Source of the DNA: an uncultured Clostridia bacterium
GTDB taxonomy: Bacteria; Bacillota; Clostridia; HGM11514
DNA length: 64,000 nt
Reading direction: 5' to 3'
Assembly: GCA_934464705.1 (NCBI GenBank)
Contig: CAKSKB010000013.1
Location: 139-64,138 of the forward strand
Shown: positions 1-9,209 of the stretch, piece after piece
Numbering within the stretch: position 1 is the stretch's first letter
Layout of the letters: every line of letters starts with the position of its first letter
The notes under the pieces: model-generated
Databases searched by the model: none
What the model saw: only the letters and a program-made list of their open reading frames with translations
What the model was told of the DNA's origin: nothing
Made by a program: the position numbers and the translations under genes

Positions 1-495
1 ATGAAAACGCTTTATTTGATTGGCGGTACAATGGGCGTCGGGAAAACTGCCGTTGGCTGTAGGTTAAAAGAAGTTCTGGTTAACAGCGTATTTCTTGACG
101 GTGACTGGTGCTGGGATGCAAATCCTTTTCGTATCACAGAAGAATCCAAGAAAATGGTTATTCGGAATATCATCTATTTGCTTAATAGTTTTCTTGAGTG
201 TTCTGTTTATGAAAATATAATTTTCTGCTGGGTAATGCATGAACAAAGTATAATTAACTGTATTATAGATAGTTTGAATATTGATAATTGCAGAGTTAAA
301 ATGATTTCTCTGATGGCAAGCGAAATAACGCTGCGAAAAAGGATAGAGTTTGATGTAGCAAATGGCGTCCGCACAGCGGATGTTATTAACCGTAGCCTTG
401 CACGGGCTCCGATGTATGAAATTCTCGATACTGTTAAAATTAATACCGATAATAAAACAATTACCGAAATATCTGACGAGATTATTAATCTTTGA
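1..495 (+). CDS. P-loop NTPase / nucleotide-kinase-like AAA family protein
   Basis: 164 aa ORF with a Walker A motif GGTMGVGKT near the N-terminus. It is the size of a small NMP/shikimate-kinase-like ATPase, and a hairpin terminator follows. Confidence 0.5.
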   Translation: MKTLYLIGGTMGVGKTAVGCRLKEVLVNSVFLDGDWCWDANPFRITEESKKMVIRNIIYLLNSFLECSVYENIIFCWVMHEQSIINCIIDSLNIDNCRVKMISLMASEITLRKRIEFDVANGVRTADVINRSLARAPMYEILDTVKINTDNKTITEISDEIINL

Positions 496-541
496 TATTC
501 GTTTTCATGCTTTCGGCAAAGTATAATAATATAATTTATAT

Positions 542-577
542 ACCGCTTGTATTTTTGTGCAAGCGGTATATTTTTTG
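542..577 (+). terminator. rho-independent terminator after first CDS
   Basis: Inverted repeat ACCGCTTG...CAAGCGGT (8 bp stem) followed by the T-run ATATTTTTTGG. Confidence 0.5.
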
Positions 578-803
578 GAAATATTATAAAAACTATTGAC
601 TTTTTGTCTGATTTGTGTTTTAATAAATAGTGTTTAGTATTATAAAACCTTTGGGTAAAGTTAACTTGAACTTTCAAACCGTTTATGCCGTGTCTTAATT
701 AGTGTTTAAGCGGATTTACTTGCTTATTAAGAATTTGCGGTTAATTTTAAAAATCAGGTTTGGCAAAATTAAATTTTCTGTTAAAGAGAAGAGGTGTTTC
801 GCA

Positions 804-1337
804 GTGATTAAGATTGGGGAAAAGCTGAGGAATCTTCGGCTGAGGAACAATCTGACACAGGCGGAGCTTGCGGACAGATGCGAACTGTCAAAAGGATTTA
901 TATCACAGCTGGAATCGGATCAGACTTCACCGTCGCTTTCGACTTTGGAAGACATTCTTTTGAGTCTCGGAACTAATTTCAGGGACTTTTTTAACGAAGC
1001 CACTGAGAAAATTGTTTACGGTGAGCAGGATGTATGCGTCAAGGATTTTGACGGTTACAGTATCGATTGGCTTGTGACGGATTCACAAAAAAATGATATG
1101 GAACCGATTATTGTTGAACTTGAATCCGGAAGTGAAACGGCAGAAGATAATCCTCATTCGGGCGAAGAATTCGGATATGTTCTTGCAGGAAATATTGTTC
1201 TTCTGCTCGGTGACGAGAAGTTCAGAGTGAAAAAGGGAGAAAGTTTTTATTTTAAGGCTTCAAAGCCGCACAAGATACTTAATCCCGGTAAGCTTTCAGC
1301 AAGAGTAATCTGGATTACGACTCCGCCGAACTTTTAA
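804..1337 (+). CDS. HTH XRE-family + cupin transcriptional regulator (PuuR-like)
   Basis: N-terminal IKIGEKLRNLRLRNNLTQAELADRCELSKGFISQLE is a Cro/C1-type HTH and the C-terminus is cupin-like. The likely start is GTG at 804, preceded by an AGAGAAGAGGTG RBS. The gene sits directly upstream of the pot transporter genes. Confidence 0.7.
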   Translation: MIKIGEKLRNLRLRNNLTQAELADRCELSKGFISQLESDQTSPSLSTLEDILLSLGTNFRDFFNEATEKIVYGEQDVCVKDFDGYSIDWLVTDSQKNDMEPIIVELESGSETAEDNPHSGEEFGYVLAGNIVLLLGDEKFRVKKGESFYFKASKPHKILNPGKLSARVIWITTPPNF

Positions 1338-1476
1338 AATATGAGCCGAATAGCAAAAGTGTTTTGCTGCATTTTGGTCGGCTGTCAGAAAACCGATGCA
1401 TGAATAATCTGTTTCGTTAACAGCCGGATTGACCGGGCATTTTTCGGTAAACCTTGTTAATTGGGGGGGTACACTT

Positions 1477-2301
1477 ATGAAAAAAAGCAAGGCAGTTTAT
1501 GTGCCTTTTATAATATGGCTTTTAATATTTGTTCTTGTCCCGCTGGGGTTGGTTGTTTACTACAGCCTTACCGGTCAGGACGGCAAATTTACATTTAAAA
1601 ACTTCCGTGAGCTTACGGACCCTGTATATCTCAGCTATCTTTTGAGGTCATTAAGGCTTGCGGTTATTGCGACGCTCGTTTGCCTTGCGGTTGGGTATCC
1701 CACTGCGCTTGTCCTCTCAAACGGAAATTTAAAAAACAAGGTCGTTTGGCTGGTGCTTGTTATTGCGCCTATGTGGATGAATTTTCTTCTCCGTACATAT
1801 GCGTGGCAGGTAATTCTGGAGGATTCGGGCGTTGTTAATATGATACTTGAACGCCTTGGTTTTGGGCGGCTTCACCTTATAAATACCGAAGGCGCAGTGC
1901 TTTTCGGTATGGTATATGACCTTTTGCCGTTCATGATATTTCCTGTTTTCAATACTCTTTCAAAGATTCCGAAAAATATGCTTGAAGCTTCGGCGGATCT
2001 CGGCGCAGGATGGTTTACAACCTTCAGAAGAATAATACTTCCCATGAGCGTTCCCGGAATTATTTCGGGAATAACTATGGTTTTTGTGCCCGGTGTTACA
2101 ACATTTGTTATATCGCAGTATCTCGGCGGCGGAATGTGCAGCCTTATAGGTGATGTTATCGAGAGCCTGTTCAGCGGAACCTCCGGTAACTGGCACCTTG
2201 GGTCGGCTCTTTCGGTTGTTGTTATGGCTGTAATTCTTCTGTGCATGGGGTTTGTTAACCGTGCGTCGGACGATGAGGAAGGCGGTGTTATGAACCTGTG
2301 A
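1477..2301 (+). CDS. potB: spermidine/putrescine ABC transporter permease
   Basis: Six-TM ABC permease containing the EAA-like loop region SKIPKNMLEASADLGAG. ATG at 1477 follows a GGGGGG RBS. The end overlaps potC (ATGA-type overlap at 2298). Confidence 0.8.
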   Translation: MKKSKAVYVPFIIWLLIFVLVPLGLVVYYSLTGQDGKFTFKNFRELTDPVYLSYLLRSLRLAVIATLVCLAVGYPTALVLSNGNLKNKVVWLVLVIAPMWMNFLLRTYAWQVILEDSGVVNMILERLGFGRLHLINTEGAVLFGMVYDLLPFMIFPVFNTLSKIPKNMLEASADLGAGWFTTFRRIILPMSVPGIISGITMVFVPGVTTFVISQYLGGGMCSLIGDVIESLFSGTSGNWHLGSALSVVVMAVILLCMGFVNRASDDEEGGVMNL

Positions 2302-3074
2302 AAAAATTGATTTCGCGGCTTTGGCTGTTTCTTATTCTTGCCTTTTTGTATGCGCCTATAATTGTACTTATAATTTATTCTTTCAACAGTTCTAAGACAA
2401 CCGGTCACTGGACGGGTTTTTCGCTAAATTGGTACAAGGAGCTTGTGCGTGACAGAAATATTGTGAATGCACTTATTACCACGGTTGAAGTGGCGGTTCT
2501 TGCATCATTTATATCTACGGTTATCGGTACGGTTTCGGCTATCGCACTGCACGGTTCGGGGGCGTTCTCAAAAAAATTCATGCTCGGTGCGGCGTATCTT
2601 CCGATGCTGAACCCTGATATTGTTACCGGTGTTTCGCTTATGATTCTCTTCGGAAGCATAGGTATGGGGCTTGGGTTCGGAACCATGATGCTTTCGCATA
2701 TTTCGTTTTGCGTGCCGTATGTGATACTTTCGGTGCTGCCGAAGCTTTACGGTCTTAATTCAAACACATTTGAGGCGGCGCTGGATTTGGGTTCAAGCCG
2801 TTTTAACGCTTACAGAAAAGTTGTTTTGCCCGAAATTGTTCCGGGAATAATTTCGGGATTTGTGATTTCCATGACGCTTTCGATAGATGATTTTATGATA
2901 AGCTACTTTAATACCGGCGGCGGTGTTAAAAATCTTTCCATACTTATTTACGGAAGTACCAGAACCGGTGTAAAGCCGGTTTACAATGCACTTTCTGCCA
3001 TTATGTTTCTTGCGGTGCTGATCGTGCTTGTTATCATCAATGTAAGAAAGCTCAAGGCGAGCGGTGAGGAGTAA
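2298..3074 (+). CDS. potC: spermidine/putrescine ABC transporter permease
   Basis: ABC permease with the loop LDLGSSRFNAYRKVVLPEI. Its start overlaps the potB stop. Confidence 0.8.
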   Translation: MKKLISRLWLFLILAFLYAPIIVLIIYSFNSSKTTGHWTGFSLNWYKELVRDRNIVNALITTVEVAVLASFISTVIGTVSAIALHGSGAFSKKFMLGAAYLPMLNPDIVTGVSLMILFGSIGMGLGFGTMMLSHISFCVPYVILSVLPKLYGLNSNTFEAALDLGSSRFNAYRKVVLPEIVPGIISGFVISMTLSIDDFMISYFNTGGGVKNLSILIYGSTRTGVKPVYNALSAIMFLAVLIVLVIINVRKLKASGEE

Positions 3075-3078
3075 CCGG

Positions 3079-5892
3079 ATGAAGTGGATAGGTACTGATA
3101 AAAAGACATTCGGCGAGTGGTTTGCACTGCGCGGAGATTTTGAATTTGATGGCGGTAATGCGGTTATCAGGACATCGGCAGCGGCGGAATATGCCGTATT
3201 TATAAACGGCAAACGAATTTTCTGCGGTCTTGTGAAAGCATTTGATTTTCACAGGTACTATGATGAAACCGAAATTACGGACTATCTTATTCCCGGGAAA
3301 AACATAATATGTATACTTTCTCTCGGCGGAGAAGCCGCAGCAGAGGTTGTTTGCGGCGGAAAAACGGTCTTTGAAACCGATGAATCATGGAAAATAGAAA
3401 GTTGCGCTGCGATTGAGCCTAAAACCGCACAGCTGTGCGCTCCGCTGGAGCCGCAAAAGCGGTTTGAAGAGCATTATGACGCATCAAAAAACAACGACAT
3501 TACAAGCCCGGAGTTTGACTATTCCGGAGCAGATTACGCAAAAGTTCTTTTTGAAGCCGTTGCGACCGAGAATTTCGGAGGAAAACCTTCCGGAAATACG
3601 GTTTATGTAAAAGAAACAGTTTCGGTGTTGGGTGCGGGGCTGCCGAATGGGTTCGGATTTCGCCTTTTTAACAATGAGCGGAAAGAAAACCCCGTCAGCA
3701 AGATGTGCATGGAGGTTTACGGGATTTCGGTTACGGCAGAACATGATTTCACGGCAAAGATGAAATGCATGGAAGCAAGCTTCTTTGTTAACGGGAGTAT
3801 GGTTTCCGATACGGTCAGCTTTAATAAAGGCGAGAACTTTATACTGGCTGTAAATTCCGGGTATGCGCCCGAAATGTTTATATACGGAGCCGGACTTAAA
3901 ATTTCCGATTGCGCAGTACAGTCTTTTGAAACAAGCAAAAAATGCTTCGCATGGACTTATCCTTATTCTCCTTTCGAGGGTACGGATACGGAAAGAAAAA
4001 TTTCCGAGATAAAACGTGCCGTCAGCTTTTCGGAGTTTATGAAAATCGCAGAAGCTCCGGGTTCTGCAGAAATAAGACCGATAAGCGCAAGATTTTGCGC
4101 CCGTCTTACAGAATTTAACAATATTGACGGCGGCTATTCATTGCCGGAGCTGAATTTGACGGTGAAAGGTTCATCGGGCGCAGTGGTGTGCGGTGCGCAG
4201 AATATGCTGTTTCAAAATGAAACACGCACATCTGTTTCGGGCGGCGTAAATTTTGTTCTTGATTTCGGGACCGAAGTTTTCGGATTTGTTACGCTTTCTT
4301 TAAAAGGAGAAAAGGGTGCAAAGCTTATTTTTGAGCCGTTTGAACTTGTTGGAAAGAACGGTGCCGACCTTCACGGCAGGGCAAGTTTTTCATATACATG
4401 CGGCGGAAAGATTGAAAACTACACCTCTTTTTATGCAAGGGGATTCAGATTTCTTTCCGTCACAGTGCTGGGCGGCGTGTCGATTAAATTCATCGGCGTA
4501 CAAGAGGCGCGCAGCGCCTCGGACGGCGGATATTTTCGCTGTGATGATGAAGCTGTTAACGAAATTTACGATATGTCGGTTCGCACCGCAAAGCTTTGCA
4601 TGGCGGACACTTATATTGATTGCCCGGGATACGAACAGGTATATTGGTTCGGCGATGCGAAGGTCACCCAGGAGGTTAATCTTTCAAATTTCGGGCACTA
4701 TGAATATGATTTCAGATGTCTTGAACTTATCGGGCAGAGCATTACGGACGAATATGTAAAGTGTTACAAAAAAGACGACAAACGGTTTTTAAACAGAGAG
4801 TTCCTTACAATTCCGGCGCTTGGGACATACTGCGACGGCGGTCTGCCGGAATGGTCGCTTTGGTATGTTGCATCGGTGTATGATTATTATATGTACAGCG
4901 GCAGGGATGACAGGCTTGAGGAACTTATGCCGTATGTTGAAAAGCTGCTTGAAAACTGCAAAAATATGATGAGTGGCAGAGGTCTTTATTCGCAAAACGG
5001 TGCGTGGCATCTGATAGAGTGGGCGTCAAACGACCTGCTTCCGTGCGGTGAAGTAACCGTATGCAGCTGCTATCTGTACCATGCGCTTTTGTGTGCGGAA
5101 AAGCTTGAAAAAGCCGTCGGCGGAGCGCTTGCGGCGGAATATGCGCTTCGTGCGGAAAACCTTAAATCGGCGATAAACAAGTATTGCTTTGACGAAAAAC
5201 TCGGCGGTTTTGTTGATACCGTCCGTGACGAATACGGATATGAGATTTATCGTGAATTTTTTAATGCCAATGCACTTGAAACGGTGTCTTTTGAAAAATT
5301 CAAAAAGTATGTCCGTGTAAGCGAGCAGACAAATGCGGCAGCGGTTTTCTGCGGCGCTGCCGATGAAAACCATATTAAAGCTGCGTATGATATTGTGTCG
5401 GCAATTAAAAATCCGGACTATGTGATAAAAAGTGGAACTCCGCTGAATAAATTCAGGAAACCCGATGATGAAAGCGTGCTTGTCGGAATAGGTTCTCCGT
5501 TTTATCTTTATTTCACATTCGGTGCGATGATGAAAATGGGCGACCACGCCGCTGCGCTTGATTGTATGAAACGGTTTTACGGTACTATATTCGATAACGG
5601 ATACGATACCTGTTTTGAAAGTTTCGGCGCCCCGGATGGGGTTAATCTTACACGAAGCATATGTCACGGTTGGGGAGCGTCCCCTGCGGTTTATCTGATA
5701 ACTGAGATTGCCGGCGTGAAGCCGCTTGACCCCGGTTTCAGGCGTGTTCTGTTTGAACCGCATACGAGATTTCTCAAAAAGCTTAAGGCTCATATACCGA
5801 CGCCCCTCGGCACGGTGTTTGTAAATATAGATGAAGAAAAAGGAATTAAAGAAATAACCTGCCCCGGCGGCATGGAAACAGTCAGGAGCTGA
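3079..5892 (+). CDS. cytoplasmic six-hairpin glycoside hydrolase, GH78 (alpha-L-rhamnosidase)-like
   Basis: About 937 aa with no signal peptide. YIDCPGYEQVYWFGDA resembles the GH78 DCPxRERxGWxGD motif and SICHGWGASPAVYL resembles the GH78 C-terminal HAWSxxP region. It lies between potC and potD. Confidence 0.55.
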   Translation: MKWIGTDKKTFGEWFALRGDFEFDGGNAVIRTSAAAEYAVFINGKRIFCGLVKAFDFHRYYDETEITDYLIPGKNIICILSLGGEAAAEVVCGGKTVFETDESWKIESCAAIEPKTAQLCAPLEPQKRFEEHYDASKNNDITSPEFDYSGADYAKVLFEAVATENFGGKPSGNTVYVKETVSVLGAGLPNGFGFRLFNNERKENPVSKMCMEVYGISVTAEHDFTAKMKCMEASFFVNGSMVSDTVSFNKGENFILAVNSGYAPEMFIYGAGLKISDCAVQSFETSKKCFAWTYPYSPFEGTDTERKISEIKRAVSFSEFMKIAEAPGSAEIRPISARFCARLTEFNNIDGGYSLPELNLTVKGSSGAVVCGAQNMLFQNETRTSVSGGVNFVLDFGTEVFGFVTLSLKGEKGAKLIFEPFELVGKNGADLHGRASFSYTCGGKIENYTSFYARGFRFLSVTVLGGVSIKFIGVQEARSASDGGYFRCDDEAVNEIYDMSVRTAKLCMADTYIDCPGYEQVYWFGDAKVTQEVNLSNFGHYEYDFRCLELIGQSITDEYVKCYKKDDKRFLNREFLTIPALGTYCDGGLPEWSLWYVASVYDYYMYSGRDDRLEELMPYVEKLLENCKNMMSGRGLYSQNGAWHLIEWASNDLLPCGEVTVCSCYLYHALLCAEKLEKAVGGALAAEYALRAENLKSAINKYCFDEKLGGFVDTVRDEYGYEIYREFFNANALETVSFEKFKKYVRVSEQTNAAAVFCGAADENHIKAAYDIVSAIKNPDYVIKSGTPLNKFRKPDDESVLVGIGSPFYLYFTFGAMMKMGDHAAALDCMKRFYGTIFDNGYDTCFESFGAPDGVNLTRSICHGWGASPAVYLITEIAGVKPLDPGFRRVLFEPHTRFLKKLKAHIPTPLGTVFVNIDEEKGIKEITCPGGMETVRS

Positions 5893-5897
5893 AAATT

Positions 5898-6923
5898 ATG
5901 AAGAAAATTTTATTGTTTATCATTGCGGCGATGATTGCCGTATCAACCCTCACAGCCTGCGAAAGCAAGCCTGTTTTCACGATTTACAACTGGGAACAGT
6001 ACATTGACGAAAGTGTGGTTGAGGAGTTCCGAAAAGCGCACCCCGATGTCGATGTTGTGTATGAAACATTTTCCACGAACGAAGATATGTATACAAAACT
6101 CAAAAACGGCGGCGGTGATTATGATGTTATTTTTCCGTCGGAATATGTTCTCAAAAAGCTTATCGGTGAGGGCGAGCTGGCAGAACTGAATTTTGATAAT
6201 ATTCCGAACGCAAAGTATATTGCCGAGCAGTGCAAGGGTCAGGATTATGACCCCGAAGGAAAATATACGGTGCCTTATATGTGGGGAACTCTCGGCATAA
6301 TTTATGATAAAACCAAGGTGACCGAAGATGAAATCACATGGGATGTTCTTTTCGGCACAAAGTATAAGGTTATCATGATGAAGTCGATAAGGGACGCTTT
6401 TGCCGCAGCGCTTGCGTCGAACGGCTGCTCAATTAATTCAAAAGACGAGTCTGAGGTTGTTGCCGCAAGGGAAAAACTTTCTAAACAGATGAAGCAGGAC
6501 AATTTTTACGGCTACGGTTTTGACGACATTGACGATAAGATGATAAGAGGCGAGGCGGACGCTGCGCTGATTTACTCCGGTGACGCAATTACGGCGATGA
6601 GAGAGAACAAAAATCTTGCTTACGCCGTTCCGAAAGATGGCAGCAACAAGTGGTTTGACGCTATGGCGGTTCCGAAATCGAGCAAGAACAAGGAACTTGC
6701 AGAGGAATTTATAAACTTTATGTGTGAAACCAAAAACGCAAAGCTTAATGCCGACGAAATCGGATATTATGTTGCTCAGGACGAAGCCGCTGCACTTGTT
6801 GCGGAGGAAACCGGTGTGGAATATCCGACGGTTGCCGAGCTTGAAAACTGTGAAATTTTCGAAACTTTTGACGACAAAACTCTTGAACTTTACAATAAGG
6901 AGTGGACAAAACTGTTCGCATAG
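5898..6923 (+). CDS. potD: spermidine/putrescine ABC transporter substrate-binding lipoprotein
   Basis: Lipoprotein signal MKKILLFIIAAMIAVSTLTAC followed by a PotD/PotF-family periplasmic binding fold of typical length. Confidence 0.8.
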   Translation: MKKILLFIIAAMIAVSTLTACESKPVFTIYNWEQYIDESVVEEFRKAHPDVDVVYETFSTNEDMYTKLKNGGGDYDVIFPSEYVLKKLIGEGELAELNFDNIPNAKYIAEQCKGQDYDPEGKYTVPYMWGTLGIIYDKTKVTEDEITWDVLFGTKYKVIMMKSIRDAFAAALASNGCSINSKDESEVVAAREKLSKQMKQDNFYGYGFDDIDDKMIRGEADAALIYSGDAITAMRENKNLAYAVPKDGSNKWFDAMAVPKSSKNKELAEEFINFMCETKNAKLNADEIGYYVAQDEAAALVAEETGVEYPTVAELENCEIFETFDDKTLELYNKEWTKLFA

Positions 6924-6932
6924 GAGGTCAAT

Positions 6933-7973
6933 ATGGCAGATTACGGTGCTATAGAACTGAAAAATATTACAAAATCTTATGACGGAACCGTCATTCTCGA
7001 AAATTTCAATCTCAAAATTAACAAAGGGGAGTTTGTTACGCTGCTTGGTCCGTCGGGCTGCGGCAAGACCACAACTCTCCGCCTTATCGGCGGTTTTGAA
7101 GTCCCCGATGACGGAGATATTTTGTTTGACGGAAAGCGTATAAATGATGTTCCGCCGAATAAAAGACCGCTCAATACCGTTTTTCAGAAGTATTCGCTTT
7201 TTACACATATGAATATTTTTGAGAATGTTGCATTCGGTCTTAAAATCAAGAAGATAGATAAAAAAATTATTGCCGAAAAGGTTAAGTCTGCGCTTTCTAT
7301 GGTGAATCTTGCCGGCTTTGAAAAGAGAATGCCGGATTCCTTAAGCGGCGGTCAGCAGCAGCGTGTCGCAATTGCGAGAGCGATTGTAAACGAGCCTGAA
7401 GTGCTCCTTTTTGACGAACCTCTCGGTGCGCTTGACCTCAAACTCCGCCAGGAAATGCAGCTGGAACTTAAAAAACTTCAGAAATCACTCGGGATTACCT
7501 TTGTTTATGTTACGCACGACCAGGAGGAGGCGCTCACAATGTCGGATTCCATTGTGGTTATGAGCCACGGAAAAATCCAGCAGTACGGCACCCCGATTGA
7601 TATCTATAATGAACCGGAAAACCGCTTCGTTGCCCGTTTTATAGGCGAGAGTAATATCTATGACGGCGTTATGAACAAGGACTTTGAGGTGAGCTTTTTA
7701 GGCAAAACCTTCGAGTGCGTTGATAAAGGATTTGAGCCTTCAGAAAACATAGATGTTGTTATACGCCCGGAGGATGTTAAAATTGCGGAAAAGGGCTGCG
7801 GTGCACGGGATGCGGTTGTAACATCGGTTATTTTCAAGGGCGTTCATTACGAAATGGAGCTTGACGGAGGGGATTTCAAAATGCTTGTGCATAACACGCT
7901 CTCCTTTCCGGAGGGGAAAACGGTTTCCGTTAATTTCCTTCCGGATGACATACATATTATGAAAAAAAGTTGA
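6933..7973 (+). CDS. potA: spermidine/putrescine ABC transporter ATP-binding protein
   Basis: Walker [10 protein letters not shown], signature [14 protein letters not shown], Walker [12 protein letters not shown], and a C-terminal TOBE-like domain. Confidence 0.9.
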   Translation: MADYGAIELKNITKSYDGTVILENFNLKINKGEFVTLLGPSGCGKTTTLRLIGGFEVPDDGDILFDGKRINDVPPNKRPLNTVFQKYSLFTHMNIFENVAFGLKIKKIDKKIIAEKVKSALSMVNLAGFEKRMPDSLSGGQQQRVAIARAIVNEPEVLLFDEPLGALDLKLRQEMQLELKKLQKSLGITFVYVTHDQEEALTMSDSIVVMSHGKIQQYGTPIDIYNEPENRFVARFIGESNIYDGVMNKDFEVSFLGKTFECVDKGFEPSENIDVVIRPEDVKIAEKGCGARDAVVTSVIFKGVHYEMELDGGDFKMLVHNTLSFPEGKTVSVNFLPDDIHIMKKS

Positions 7974-7999
7974 CAATCTGCCTGATATTTGTTATAATT
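7971..7999 (+). promoter_or_regulatory. sigma-A type promoter (TTGACA-17-TATAAT) for lipoprotein gene
   Basis: TTGACA at 7971-7976, a 17-nt spacer, then TATAAT at 7994-7999. The RBS AAAAGGGG lies upstream of the ATG at 8023. Confidence 0.6.
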
Positions 8000-8022
8000 A
8001 AAACAGAAAAGGGGCTGTATAT

Positions 8023-8880
8023 ATGAAGAAACTTATTGTACCTGTGATTTTTGCCGCATTGGCGCTGTGTTCGTGCAGCAGTGATAAAACTCCTCCGGAG
8101 CTTGATGTGGCTGACAGAATTTATCAGGGACAGAATGAAAGATTTAACATTAAAAAGTTTTGCACTGCGGAAGACAAGGACGGCAGCGTTACTATAAAAA
8201 CAAAGGGTACGGTTGATGTTTCGGAACTCGGTGATTATCCGATTACGGTTATTGCCGAGGATGAAGCCGGGAATAAGACCGAAAAAGAAGTCACGGTTAC
8301 GGTAAGAAAGAGCAAAAAGAATCTTTCAAATGATACTATTTGCAAGCAGGTGCGTGAGTTTATATTCTCGTTTATCGCCGGGGGACATTCCAATATCGAA
8401 TTCCGCGGATATTCCGATGATATAGGCTTTTTCTCAAAGGCTTATTCCAAAGAGCCCGGTTTCAAAACCGCAAACGGCTTTGAAGGAACGCTTTCCTTCG
8501 AGGCGGTGCAGTATGAGGACTATAAGGCGTCGGTGCTTAATCTGATTTTCTCGATAGATTCCGATGCAATGTGGTATTTCCCGGAAAAAATCGAACTTTC
8601 CGGCGGCGGAGAAAAGCTGGAGTTCCCGGTCAGCGATACTTTTCAGAGCGGCAAGCATTACGGCTTTGCTGCGGCAATCGGCGAGCTTAGCGAGAAAAAG
8701 AATCAGCTTACACCGGATTATAAGCTTACCGAAAGTCTTAAAAAAATGCTTTCGTCCGGCAGCGTTACAATGCGTGCCATCGGCAAAAAGGATTCGCTTG
8801 AAATCAAGCTTACCGATAAGCAAATTACCGATTTTTCAGACATTCTTGCGGTTTATGAGGAACTTCTTACATACTATTAA
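8023..8880 (+). CDS. lipoprotein with Ig-like (DUF5011-like) domain
   Basis: Lipobox LALCSC following the signal peptide. The segment GDYPITVIAEDEAGNKTEKEVTVTV is typical of a bacterial Ig-like fold. Confidence 0.65.
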   Translation: MKKLIVPVIFAALALCSCSSDKTPPELDVADRIYQGQNERFNIKKFCTAEDKDGSVTIKTKGTVDVSELGDYPITVIAEDEAGNKTEKEVTVTVRKSKKNLSNDTICKQVREFIFSFIAGGHSNIEFRGYSDDIGFFSKAYSKEPGFKTANGFEGTLSFEAVQYEDYKASVLNLIFSIDSDAMWYFPEKIELSGGGEKLEFPVSDTFQSGKHYGFAAAIGELSEKKNQLTPDYKLTESLKKMLSSGSVTMRAIGKKDSLEIKLTDKQITDFSDILAVYEELLTYY

Positions 8881-8883
8881 TAA

Positions 8884-8913
8884 AATTACCGGGATTTTTC
8901 CCGGTAATTTTAT
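8884..8913 (+). terminator. rho-independent terminator
   Basis: AATTACCGGGA-tttt-TCCCGGTAATT perfect hairpin followed by a TTTAT run. Confidence 0.7.
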
Positions 8914-8921
8914 CTATTCAC

Positions 8922-8950
8922 TTGACATACCATGAATTTTGGTGTATAAT
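8922..8950 (+). promoter_or_regulatory. consensus sigma-A promoter for tRNA-Gly
   Basis: TTGACA at 8922-8927, a 17-nt spacer, then TATAAT at 8945-8950. The tRNA begins about 12 nt downstream. Confidence 0.65.
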
Positions 8951-8961
8951 ATTTATTGTAC

Positions 8962-9032
8962 GCAGGCATAGTTTAATGGTAAAACGATAGCTTCCCAAGC
9001 TGCAGTTGCGGGTTCGATTCCCGTTGCTTGCT
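8962..9032 (+). tRNA. tRNA-Gly (anticodon CCC)
   Basis: Hand-folded cloverleaf: acceptor GCAGGCA/TGCTTGC, D-stem GTTT/AAAC, anticodon loop TTCCCAA, T-arm GCGGG-TTCGATT-CCCGT, discriminator T. No CCA is encoded. Confidence 0.8.
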
Positions 9033-9044
9033 TTATCCGAAATT

Positions 9045-9095
9045 CCGCATAAATGCTGATTTTTCCAGTGTTTATGCGGGTTTTCTTTATTTTTC
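9045..9095 (+). terminator. putative terminator after tRNA-Gly
   Basis: CCGCATAAA ... TTTATGCGG stem with a large loop, then a TTTTCTTTATTTTTC run. Confidence 0.4.
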
Positions 9096-9139
9096 ACAAG
9101 GAAAATATTGGATGAAAAATGATGAAAATTGATATTAAA

Positions 9140-9161
9140 TGTTCGCAAAATGTTCGCAAAA
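9140..9161. repeat. exact 11-nt tandem direct repeat TGTTCGCAAAA x2 in the promoter region
   Basis: Read directly from the sequence, about 50 nt upstream of the ATG at 9210. Confidence 0.6.
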
Positions 9162-9209
9162 TATGGTTAATCAAAATCGAATTAATTGCTATATGGATAT
9201 GCTTAATAT

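Noticed and set aside
5026-5793. 255-aa minus-strand ORF inside the GH78-like gene
   Set aside because: Antisense shadow ORF. It has no RBS or motifs, and the sense frame carries clear glycosidase motifs.
6438-7208. 256-aa minus-strand ORF spanning the potD/potA junction
   Set aside because: Antisense to two well-supported ABC-transporter genes, and rich in F/K/R low-complexity sequence.
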